This document shows positions 1 to 12,483 of a DNA stretch of 64,000 nt, one piece after another (the stretch's first letter is position 1; each line of letters begins with the position of its first letter). The notes beneath the pieces were generated by a model. The model was not told where the DNA came from. It worked only from the letters and a program-made list of their open reading frames with translations, and made no database searches. The DNA comes from Eledone cirrhosa. Its lineage: Eukaryota. Both the position numbers and the translations under genes were made by a program. The stretch lies in the NCBI GenBank assembly GCA_964016885.1, contig OZ024746.1, positions 94,116,001-94,180,000 on the forward strand, read 5' to 3'.

Positions 1-965
1 ATTGGTAGTGTACGGTGATATTGGTAGTGTAGAGTGATATTGGTAGTGTACAGTGATATTGGTAGTGTACAGTGGTATTGGTAGTGTACAGTGATATTGG
101 TAGTGTACGGTGATATTGGTAGTGTAGAGTGATATTGGTAGTGTACGGTGATATTGGTAGTGTAGAGTGATATTGGTAGTGTACAGTGATATTGGTAGTG
201 TACAGTGGTATTGGTAGTGTACAGTGATATTGGTAGTGTACAGTGATATTGGTAGTGTACAGTGATATTGGTAGTGTACGGTGATATTGGTAGTGTACAG
301 TGATATTGGTAGTGTACAGTGATATTGGTAGTGTACAGTGATATTGGTAGTGTACGGTGATATTGGTAGTGTACAGTGGTATTGGTAGTGTACGGTGATA
401 TTGGTAGTGTAGAGTGATATTGGTAGTGTACAGTGATATTGGTAGTGTACAGTGATATTGGTAGTGTACAGTGATATTGGTAGTGTACAGTGATATTGGT
501 AGTGTACAGTGATATTGGTAGTGTACAGTGGTATTGGTAGTGTACGGTGATATTGGTAGTGTACAGTGATATTGGTAGTGTACAGTGATATTGGTAGTGT
601 AGAATGATATTGGTAGTGTACAGTGATATTGGTAGTGTACGGTGATATTGGTAGTGTAGAGTGATATTGGTAGTGTACAATGATATTGGTAGTGTACAGT
701 GATATTGGTAGTGTACAGTGATATTGGTAGTGTACAGTGATATTGGTAGTGTACGGTGATATTGGTAGTGTACAGTGATATTGGTAGTGTACAGTGATAT
801 TGGTAGTGTAGAGTGATATTGGTAGTGTACAGTGATATTGGTAGTGTACAGTGATATTGGTAGTGTACAGTGACATTGGTAGTGTACAGTGATATTGGTA
901 GTGTACGGTGATATTGGTAGTGTATAGTGATATTGGTAGTGTACAGTGATATTGGTAGTGTACGG
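1..965. repeat. 19-bp minisatellite (ATTGGTAGTGTACAGTGAT)n, running off the left edge
   Basis: About 50 near-identical tandem units; variation is mostly CAG/CGG/GAG at one position. Confidence 0.97.
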
Positions 966-1044
966 AGCTCTGTGTTCTTGCATTGTTAGACCTAATTCTC
1001 TGATCGAGTTCATTATATTTTTACATATCGATCTCTTTTGAAAT

Positions 1045-1085
<41 letters not shown>

Positions 1086-1229
1086 CACACACACACACGC
1101 ACGCATACACACACGCACACACACCTGCACACACACACGCACACACACACACGCACGCACACACACACGCACACACACCCGCACACACCCGTACACACAC
1201 ACTCACACACACACACACACATATATATA

Positions 1230-1650
1230 TAATTGTTTCTACTTTTGGCCAGCAATTAAGCAGTGTATTACTGGTACTTCATTTTATCGTCCCTGTAAGG
1301 ATGAAAGGCAAAGTTAACCTCCACGTGATTTGAACTCAGACCATAAAGGGCCGTAACTCTTCGGTGCAAAGCATGGCGTCCGACCCTCTACCAATACTGC
1401 CAATCCACATATATAATAATTGTTTCTACTTTTGGCACAAGGCCAGCAATTAAACCAGTGCATTACTGGTACTTTATTTTATCGACCCCGTAAGGATGAA
1501 AGGCAAAATTAACCTCGGCGGGATTTTAACTCAGACCGTAAAGGGACGTAACTCTATGCTGGAAAGCATGGTGTCCGACCCTCAACCGATACTGCCAATC
1601 CACCGCCTATATATAATAATTGTTTCTACTTCTGGCACAAGGCCAGCAAT
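1230..1650 (-). mobile_element. Two tandem copies plus a fragment of tRNA-derived SINE family 1
   Basis: Reverse complement shows an A-box-like TGGCAGTATTGGTAGAG, a B-box GAGTTCAAATC, the body CTTTCATCCTTACGGGGTCGATAAAATAAAGTACCAG and the tail GTAGAAACAATT. Other copies (approx.): 10407-10580+, 16078-16265-, 22030-22357-, 24036-24225+, 24456-24642+, 37480-37860-, 38600-38822-, 40418-40635+, 41343-41562+, 42215-42408-, 44005-44181-, 44456-44645+, 45823-46003+, 49015-49885-, 51622-51812+. Confidence 0.9.
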
Positions 1651-1874
1651 TATTTGGTGTGTGTTCGCGTTTGGGTGACTGTGTTTTGGTTATTGTATTC
1701 TCTTTTTTTTTTTATACAATAACCAAAACACAGTCACCCAAACGCGAACACACACAAAACACTATGCATACACGCAAACGCATGCGCAGAGAAGAAGACA
1801 AAAATAAATAAATAAATAAACAGATAAAATAAAAATGGCGTAGACATACAATACAACAGGAGGAACATAATAGT

Positions 1875-1916
1875 ACCACTGATGATGCTGCAGATGTGCA
1901 ACGAAAGACCTTTGTT
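1875..1916 (+). ncRNA. Decayed minimal type I hammerhead ribozyme motif
   Basis: ACCA-CTGATGA-TGCTGCAGATGTGCAAC-GAAA-GACC-TT-TGTT: both core boxes are present with a stem II hairpin; stems I and III and the cleavage triplet are imperfect. Confidence 0.5.
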
Positions 1917-2115
1917 AGACTATATATATGTGTTTATATCTATATTATATCTGTATGTTTGATCGTTGGTCAGTCAATGGTAAACATTGAGGACCGAATG
2001 AATTAACTGTGGAGATATAAAAATACAGAACCGAAAACCAACCAAACAGTGAGTGTGTTCTGTTATTATTTCTGGCAATATTATTACAACAATATGATCC
2101 TCCCCAAGTATAACA

Positions 2116-2179
<64 letters not shown>

Positions 2180-2344
2180 GAAGACAGACAGATGAACGAT
2201 TTCCGACGTCTGTGTCGAGCTCGTCTGTCTTTGTGAAACCTTTGGTAAATGGAATAATTGTCTTATGTTGTTTATTACATAAATAAATAGCTCTGTAGCC
2301 TACATAGAGCACTCTCCTTTCCTTTACCTTTCCTACGGGAAGAC

Positions 2345-2440
<96 letters not shown>

Positions 2441-2856
2441 AATATATGAATTAAAATTTTAGCTCCGACATAGCTGTATACATACATGTATGTGCATTTC
2501 GTACATCTAATGATATATGGTATGTTTAATAAATAAACACTTGGAAAGCCTTCTAGCTGTGGATATTGAAAAGCTGACGGCTAGCGCCGTCTAGCGAATT
2601 CCAGCAGAAGCAGCGGGGGAGGACTGTCAATGTATATTTCTGACTGTTACCGTCATCAGGACACTGCTTTCGTTGCTCTCTGCTGGAACTTGAAGCAGGC
2701 GAAAATATATAGTTTTTTCACCTATGTAGATGGGCTGATTAACCTCAGTAGCATATGGAGCTGTACAAGCTCAGCTTAAAAGCAGAATTAACATTTTAGC
2801 TCCGACATACAAGTACTTTATAATTAACAATCAAAGAGTGTTTAAGAACATTTAAT

Positions 2857-2903
2857 TACTAACGATCGTTTCATCCAAGAACAAGGCGGGATTTATCGGA
2901 GTA
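2857..2903 (-). ncRNA. Decayed hammerhead ribozyme motif
   Basis: Minus strand reads TACT-CCGATAA-ATCC..GGAT-GAAA-CGATCG-TT-AGTA. All three stems pair and stem III is palindromic; the core has 2 substitutions and the triplet is GUU. Confidence 0.5.
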
Positions 2904-3354
2904 TAAATCAAAAGTTAGAACACAGATTATCTTGTCAAAGAACATTCTGGGGATATGGGAAGAAAGCAAAAATAATAGATATCAACATTGATATAAGAGA
3001 GGAAAGCAAATAGCACAATGTGAATTTCGTATATCTAATGATATACAGTATGTTTAATAAATAGACATTTGGAAATCCTTCTGGCTATGAATATTCAAAG
3101 GATGACGGTCACAGCCAGAAATATACATTGACAGTTGTCCCCCGCGGTTTCTGCTGGAATCCGCTAGACGGTGCTAGGTACCTACTTTACAGGTACACGT
3201 GTCTGTGGAATTCTCAGTTACTTATACGTTAATTTCCTGAGCAGGCTTGACTGTTCCATTGATTGAATCAACGGGAGTAGTGATCGTCGTTGTCGAAAAC
3301 GACGGAGGTCCAATGCACTTTGAGAGTGGGAGAGAATGGGAAAGTGAGAGAGTA

Positions 3355-3356
3355 AT

Positions 3357-3410
<54 letters not shown>

Positions 3411-4900
3411 TGGGTGAAAGACAGCGAAAGGGTGGGTGAGAGATCAAGAGTGAGAGCGGGAGAGAAAGAAAGAGAGAGAGAGTGCGAAGGAATGCGAAAG
3501 AGAGTGGGAGAGAGAGATAGAGAGAGAGAGATTGTGCGTGAGAGTGAATGAGGGAGAGAGCGGGAGTGGGTGTATGTGTATGTGTGAGTGTGAGAAAGAA
3601 AAAGAGAGAGAAAGAGTAAGAAAGATAGAGAGAGAGGGAGAAAGAAAGAGAGAGAGAGACAGAGGGGGATAGAGAGAGAGAGGGAGAAAGAAAGAGAGAG
3701 ACGGAGAGGGAGAAAGAAAGAGAGAGAGCAAAAGAAAGAAAGGAAAGAGAGAGAGAGCAAGAGAAAGAAAGAAAGAGAGAGAGAAAGAGAAAGAAAGAAA
3801 GAGAGAGAGAAAGGGAGAGAGAGAGAGAGAGCAAGAGAAAGAAAGAAAGAGAGAGAGAAAGAGAAAGAAAGAAAGAGAGAGAGAAAGGGAGAGAGAGAGA
3901 GAGAGCAAGAGAAAGAAAGAGAGAGAGAAAGGGAGAGAGAGAGAGCAAGAGAAAGAAAGAAAGAGAGAGAGAAAGAGAAAGAAAGAAAGAGAGAGAGAAA
4001 GGGAGAGAGAGAGAGAGCAAGAGAAAGAAAGAGAGAGAGAAAGGGAGAGAGAGAGAGAGAGAGAGCAAGAGAAAGAAAGAAAGAGAGAGAGAGAGAGGCA
4101 GAGAGAGATAGAGAGAGAGGGAGAAAGAAAGAGAGAGAGCAAAAGAAAGAAAGAAAGTAAGAGAGAGAGACGGGAGAGAGAGAGGCAGAGGAGAGAGGTT
4201 GTTTGTGTGCATCACTCTTTTCATGAGTGTGTGTGAATATGTATGTGAGTGTGTGTGTGAATATGTATGTGAGTGTGTGTGTGAATATGTATGTGAGTGT
4301 GTGTGTGAATATGTATGTGAGTGTGTGTGTGAATATGTATGTGAGTGTGTGTGAATATGTATGCGAGTGTGTGTGAATAGGTATGTGAGTGTGTGTGTGA
4401 ATATGTATGTGAGTGTGTGTGAATATGTATGTGAGTGTGTGTGAATATGTATGTGAGTGTGTGTGTGAATAGGTATGTGAGTGTGTGTGAATATGTATGT
4501 GAGTGTGTGTGAATATGTATGTGAGTGTGTGTGAATATGTATGTGAGTGTGTGTGTGAATAGGTATGTGAGTGTGTGTGAATATGTATGTGAGTGTGTGT
4601 GAATATACATGTGAGAGTGTGTGAATATGTATGTGAGTGTGTGTGTGAATATGTATGTGAGTGTTTGTGTGAATATGTATGTGAGAGTGTGAATATGTAT
4701 GTGAGTGTGTGTGAATATTTATGTGAGTGTGTGTGTAAATATATATGTGAGTGTGTGTGAATATGTAGGTAAGTGTGTGTGATTATGTATGTGAGTATGT
4801 GCGCGTGTGAATGTGTGTGTGCGAGGTGTGTATGTGTGTGTATGTGTGTGTGTATTTGTGTGTATGTGTGTGTGTGTTTGTGTGAGAGTGCGTGTGCGTA

Positions 4901-4935
<35 letters not shown>

Positions 4936-5092
4936 GTATGTATGTGTGTGTATAAGAGAAGGCGTACCTACACATGCTAGAATTAAGGAAGTGGTTATAG
5001 GGTGTGTTTCATTTGTGGTGTATGTAGGTATATATAAATTGTATGTATGTATGTATGTATGTATATATGTATATATGTATATATGTATGTAT
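3355..5092. repeat. Compound low-complexity tract: (GA)/(GAAA) mosaic, then GTGTGAATATGTATGTGA-type minisatellite, then (TG)/(TATG)
   Basis: Directly visible tandem units. Confidence 0.95.
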
Positions 5093-5093
5093 G

Positions 5094-5362
5094 TTCTTCT
5101 GGTTTTATAATTTCACAAAGTTTTACCAATATAGAGAGAGTCGGTTTCTAACAGACACAAGACTCTCTCATTGGAATTTACACAGCATCAACTAGGTAGA
5201 TATGTATGTCTGTCTGCATGTGTAGATATGGATGTTATTGTATGGATGTGGATGTTTTGAGTTGTATGTGTGCATGTGTATATGCTTTGTATCTGTACAT
5301 ATTTATATGCAGTTATTAGATGCAAAATTTTTGGAATGTTTTACATATTTTTACTGTTGACG
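5094..5362 (-). mobile_element. 3' end of an R4/Dong-like (RLE) non-LTR element
   Basis: Same 3' UTR and TVKICKTFQKF terminus as 55724-56475; abuts (TATG)n. Confidence 0.75.
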
Positions 5363-5764
5363 ACCCAATATATTAGATTGGAAATTAATGAATCTATATT
5401 TTATTTCATGATATTTTATAATAATTTCTCGAAGATAAATATATTAAAAGTAATTATGAATCATCATTTCTGTATTTATTTTCCATTTCGTCAGCATTGT
5501 GGGTCTCAATCTTCAGTTGTTTGTGATGAAAGATAAGTTATTTTCAATCTGTCTCCTTTTACAGTTAAGAGTACAAAACAAGGAAACTGACAACTGTTTC
5601 AGTAGTATTGAGACGTCAAGTATCAAATTTGTAGAAATTTATAAAAAACCCACACAATTCTACAAATTTCATACTTGATGACTCAATACTTATAGGCCAT
5701 TTGTTAGTTTTCATTAGTTTTTTCGGATCAAAGGGGTATATAGAGAAAAAAAAAACAAAAAAAA

Positions 5765-5799
<35 letters not shown>

Positions 5800-6173
5800 G
5801 AGTACTCTGGTGCGTTATGGTCCATCTGGATCCTTACCACACCTCCTTCGTTATATATATATAATTATATATATATAATTATATATATATAATTAGATAT
5901 ATATAATTATACATATATAATTTCGGAGTCAGAGAAACATTTCAAACGTTCGTCTGATCTGTCCAGGTCTATTTTTCTCAACCTGATTAGTTTCTTCGTT
6001 ACTTTGGTATGTATTGTGTGTTACCTACCACAATGTCCGATTTGTCAAGCTATTTAAACGTATCTTATAACTCTGAGACCTATCTTATTGAGTGCTTCGC
6101 TAACCCATCACTTCATATAAGTAGGCCGCCGAATTACTTGCAAACCGCCAGAGATTCGATTTTACTGATTCCC

Positions 6174-6244
<71 letters not shown>

Positions 6245-6501
6245 AATAATGATGGCTGCGCGTTGCAAATGGTGGTGCATATGAAAAAGTAAGTCCTTCA
6301 TCAGTGACCCTCCAACCGTCCCAGGAATTTCATCGCTTTAAGGGCCATATGCCTCAGGTTGGTGCGAACAACGGCTAAAAAAAGTCGTTGGGACACGTAA
6401 ATGAAGGGGACGTTAGGGTAACAAACAAAATGGTTTAAGCAACGGAAAGTGAGAAGAAATAGACAAGTCCCAGATCTCTATGAATATAAACTCGATGAAA
6501 T

Positions 6502-6552
<51 letters not shown>

Positions 6553-6695
6553 TCCCAATAACTTATTTTAGTTATTGTTCGCACAAGCCTGAGGTATCTG
6601 GTCTTTAATGCGAAGAAATACCTATGATGGCTAGTAGACCACTGATGATGGATAGTCCTGGCTTCTATTTCTAATTCTTCATTTTAATTTATATA

Positions 6696-6784
<89 letters not shown>

Positions 6785-6944
6785 GAAATAGAAGTTACAC
6801 CGTATTTTTAACTAAATTTTAGCCTGATAGTGGGGTTTAAAACCATCTAAAAATAGAAAAGGATGAGTGTTGACGTCCTCATCCCTTTCCATTTCTACTA
6901 AATTTCAAACAGCTTGTTGTTTCAAAACATACTTACTATATATA

Positions 6945-7135
6945 TAGGGAAAGAGTCAGGAGCCCGACGGCTGAGCTCCGGCCGTTTCGACAGCTATCTC
7001 TGAGATAGCTGTCGAAACGGCCGGAGCTCAGCCGTCGGGGTCGTGACTCTTTTCCTATTACCCACTCTACTACCCATAGTATCGAGTACTCTGGGGCATT
7101 ATGGTCCACCTGGTTCCTTACCACACTTTCTTCGT

Positions 7136-7140
<5 letters not shown>
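6945..7140 (+). mobile_element. Penelope-like/retrozyme fragment (family H1) with a fold-back palindrome at 6945-7057
   Basis: Inverted arms around T7001. The right arm reads stem II-GAAA-CGGC..GCCG-TC-GGGG, the 3' half of a hammerhead. The tail is shared with 5798-5853, 11779-11860, 11907-11990(-) and 23055-23143(-); flanked by (TA)n. Confidence 0.7.
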
Positions 7141-8637
<1,497 letters not shown>

Positions 8638-9457
8638 TATATATATATATATACATTTAATATATATTTAGTACCTTACTTACTGTGGTTACTCCCTATT
8701 GAACCATATATATAATATAAAACGGAAAATCAGTGATGCATCTGAACTCAATTTATTGTGTGTTACAATTGTTTCGCCGGCAGACAGCTCGAGGCGCGAT
8801 CATTGTGTGGATCTGTCTGATTCTGGACCCGCAGGTTCGACGGACACGTCTAATGATTTCGGAGCATATTCTTTCACATATATATATAAATATATATATA
8901 CTGTGTGTGTGTGTTGCCCCACAAGATGGGTAATGATACTGAAAGAATATTGGAAGTTGGAAGGACCAGAGTTCCTGGTAGATACATTTATACATTGATA
9001 TACCGATTCCACATACAAATCTGGCATTGATCTGGATCGATCTATAAAACTATCTCCTCCATCACCAATCTTTAAATATATTTTTGTTATCCATTCTGAC
9101 TGACATTTAGAAGATAATGTAGAGACTGTAGAGTTGGTGGGAAATATAAGAATGTTGATCTTAAAGTAGGAATATATGGCAAATCAAAATTTATATCTAA
9201 TTCTGGTGAAGAAGACGATAGTATTAAAATCAATAGTTATCTTTCGCGGTGGTATGACTTGGTCTGCTTGTCTTTTGTATAATGTTATATCTATATATCA
9301 TTCAAACTGTTAATAACAATGTAAATATATATACATAAATATATATATATATATACACACACACACATATATATATTAGTGTGTGTGAGTGTATAGAGAT
9401 ATATATGCGTACATATATATTTATATATATATATGTATGAATATATATATATATATG

Positions 9458-9526
<69 letters not shown>

Positions 9527-9549
9527 ATACTTTGGGAGGGTCAGAAACG

Positions 9550-9584
<35 letters not shown>

Positions 9585-9622
9585 TACATATATATTTGTA
9601 TATATATATATATGTATGAATG

Positions 9623-9654
<32 letters not shown>

Positions 9655-9996
9655 CAGTATATATTAGTGGCAATGGAAATATATGGATATATTAACAAAA
9701 GTTGGCATTTATGAATGTTTTGAAAAGAATAGAGATCAAATAGATGATCTTAGTTTTGTATGTTTAGTTTCTGGTCAGCCATGATCAATCAAACATACCT
9801 ATGAATCAAAAGTGTTCCAGACATAATCTAAGACCATATTGTTTCAAATATATCTTTCTTTTTGTAAGACAGTAAGATTGCGAAGTGAGTTTGAAGAGAA
9901 TTTGGCTGTTATTTCTAGCCGACTGATTCAATTGACCATGTAGAACCTCGCCCATTACCCGTGAATTTAGTAAAGACATTGGGATGTAACTAACTA

Positions 9997-10262
9997 GTAC
10001 TCCGTCGGTTACGACGAAGTGTGTTCCAGCTCAACGGAACAGTCTGCTCGTGAAATTAACGGACAAGGGACTGAGCATCCCACAGATACGTGTACCTTTA
10101 ACGTAATTCTCAGGGAGATTCGGCGTGACACAGAATGTGACAAGACTGGCCGTTTGAATTACAGGTACAACTCATTTTTGCCAGCTGAGTGGACTGGAGC
10201 AACGTGAAATAAAGTGTCTTGCTCAAGGACAGAACGCGCAGCTAGGAATCGAACGCCTGGCT
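9997..10262 (-). mobile_element. tRNA-derived CORE-type SINE family 2
   Basis: B-box GTTCGATTCC followed by a CORE-like GTCCTTGAGCAAGACACTTTATTTCACGTTGCTCCAGT. Other copies (approx.): 11057-11310+, 16726-17060+, 22392-22715+, 43291-43520+, 43540-43815+, 46024-46330+, 49638-49718+; tails at 3190-3308, 23690-23872, 50588-50650. Confidence 0.85.
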
Positions 10263-10950
10263 TTGTAATTAGAATATTCGCCTGACATAATTGTGAATTA
10301 AAATGTATGGAATTTTGATAAACATTTCTAACATTGACCTAAGACTAGGAATTTAGATGGAGAAAATAGTCAATTATATCGACACCAGTAGTTAACTGGT
10401 ATTAATTGTGGATTGGCAGTATTGGCAGAGCGTCGGACACCATGCTTGGTGACATAGAGTTACGTCCCTTTAAGTTCTGATTTCAAATCCGGCCGAAGTT
10501 TGCTTACGAGGTCGATTTAATCGACTTTCCGTCTCCGCCTCTTAAATTTCTGGCCTTGTGCCTAAAGCAGAAACCATTAATCATTTATCGACGCCGGAAA
10601 GGACGAAATGCCATATTGGTTTCGGCAAGATATGATCTCAGAACGTCAAGGGTCGCAACTAAACATCAGTAGACATTTTATCCGTCGTCTTGAGGATTTT
10701 GTCAAACCAACGCCATTGTGGAGTTTTAAAAATAGAAAGCGGAAACGAAAGGCAGAAAATCATGGGAAGTAATTACTAGATACGGAAATCGTAAAGCATG
10801 TCGGTATAGAATGCCACAAATAGTTTGGGATAAGATGTAGGATAAAGGAAATTACTATACGGGAAATTCTTAGAAGGGAATACTCCGGAAGGTTAAAATT
10901 ATGGTTAAATAAAATATAGGACTGTAGCTATTATCACATGGATTATTTAT

Positions 10951-11020
<70 letters not shown>

Positions 11021-11383
11021 ATGTATGTGTGGGTGTGTATGTGTGTGTGTGTGTGTAGAGGCACATGGGTTAGTAGTTACGATCATAATACCGTGGGTTC
11101 GATTCCTAGGTTGTGTTCTTGAGCAAAACACTTCATTTCACGTTGCTCCAGTATACTAAGCTGACAATGAGTACCAGTAATAGCTGGAGGTTTAACCCTG
11201 CGATGGACTGGCGTCCTGTCCAGGAGGGAGTCTTGTACTCTCAGTCGCTTCACGCCATGAAACCGGGATAAGCACCGGCCAAATGAGACTTCTGGCTTAA
11301 GACAGACTTTAGACTTCATATATATAATATATATATAACATATGATATATGTCAATATTTATTTATAAAACTAACCTATATTA

Positions 11384-11449
11384 TATTTTATCTGATGAAA
11401 GCGCACCATAATTTGCCTTGGTGGCCCTTGAAATATGTATAATGAAATA
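11384..11449 (+). ncRNA. Type I hammerhead ribozyme with a canonical core
   Basis: TATTTTAT-CTGATGA-AAGCGCACCA..TGGTGGCCCTT-GAAA-TATGTA-TA-ATGAAATA: 8-bp stem I, imperfect stem II, AUA triplet. Distal stem I extension ATTTATAAAAC/GTTTTATAAAT (11361/11456); lies between (TA)n tracts. Confidence 0.7.
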
Positions 11450-11535
11450 AATATGGTTTTATAAATATAGTTTCCATTTGTTAATATATAGTATATATAT
11501 ATACATATATATATATGTGTGTCTGTGTGTGTATA

Positions 11536-11583
<48 letters not shown>

Positions 11584-11622
11584 ATATATATCTATATATA
11601 TATATATATATATATGTATATG

Positions 11623-11860
11623 GGAAAAGAGTCAGGACCCCGACGGCTGAGCTTCGTCCGTTTCGTCCGTTTCGACAGCTAGATCCGAACTAAGTCAGAC
11701 TGCTGGCTTAGTTCGGATCTAGCTGTCGAAACGGCCGAAACGGACGAAGCTCAGCCGTTGGGGTCCTGACTCTTTTCCTATTACCCACTTTACTACCCTA
11801 AGTATTGAGTACTGTGGTGCGTTATGGTCCATCTGGTATCCTACCACACATCCTTTGTTA
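11623..11860 (+). mobile_element. Family H1 copy with a fold-back palindrome at 11623-11778
   Basis: Inverted arms around 11700; same hammerhead 3' half and tail as 6945-7140. Confidence 0.7.
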
Positions 11861-11906
11861 TACATATATATATATATATATACATATATATATGTATATA
11901 TATATA

Positions 11907-12050
11907 TAACGAAGGAAGTGTGGTAAGAAACGAGGTGGACCAAAACGCACCACAGTACTCAATACTTAGGGTAGTAAAGTGGGTGATAGGAGTCCAGAAA
12001 TAGCCGTCGAAACGGCTTGAGCTCTGCCGTCGGGGGTTAAACATTTTCCG
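11907..12050 (-). mobile_element. Family H1 copy with a 5' inversion
   Basis: 11907-11990 is the reverse-complement tail; 11991-12050 is the sense hammerhead 3' half GAAA-CGGC..GCCG-TC-GGGG. Confidence 0.65.
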
Positions 12051-12065
12051 ATATATATATATATA

Positions 12066-12410
12066 TATTGGTAAAAGGAAAAGAAAATGCTGACAAATTT
12101 TTCCCAGTGAAAAATAGTTTAATTAGGAATAAGTAAAAATTAGTAATAAGTAAAAATTAGTAATAAGTATTGGTTAGTATTCAGTTTTAGTTTTAAGTTT
12201 TTACCGGTTGCGCATTTCTAATGCTTTTCAAAAATAATTTTGAGATAGAGCGATCACGAATACTAACCAATACTTATTACTAATTTTTACTTATTACTAA
12301 TTTTTACTTATTCCTAATTAAACTATTTTTCACTGGGAAAAATTTGTCAGCATTTTCTTTTCCTTTTACCAATATATCACAACTCGTGTGTTACACCTCT
12401 ATTCTTTTAA
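12066..12410 (+). mobile_element. Family H2-related element with inverted repeats (12066-12182 / 12258-12374) and a minus-strand hammerhead relic at 12199-12234
   Basis: Perfect inverted arms. Spacer minus strand reads TTT-TTGAAAA-GCAT-TAGAA-ATGC-GCAA-CCGG-TA-AAA; tail ACTCGTGT..ACACCTC as at 7977. Confidence 0.7.

Positions 12411-12483
<73 letters not shown>

Noticed and set aside
2570-2695. Hammerhead at CTGACGG..GAAT
   Set aside because: Both boxes deviate and no NUH triplet is correctly placed
3218-3320. Apparent minus-strand exon (CIGPPSFSTTT..)
   Set aside because: Matches the family 2 SINE tail (compare 46240-46330)
3218-4975. 585-aa ORF, and the many other YI/HT/LS/CV/YLPT/poly-amino-acid ORFs in the track
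   Set aside because: Translations of microsatellites
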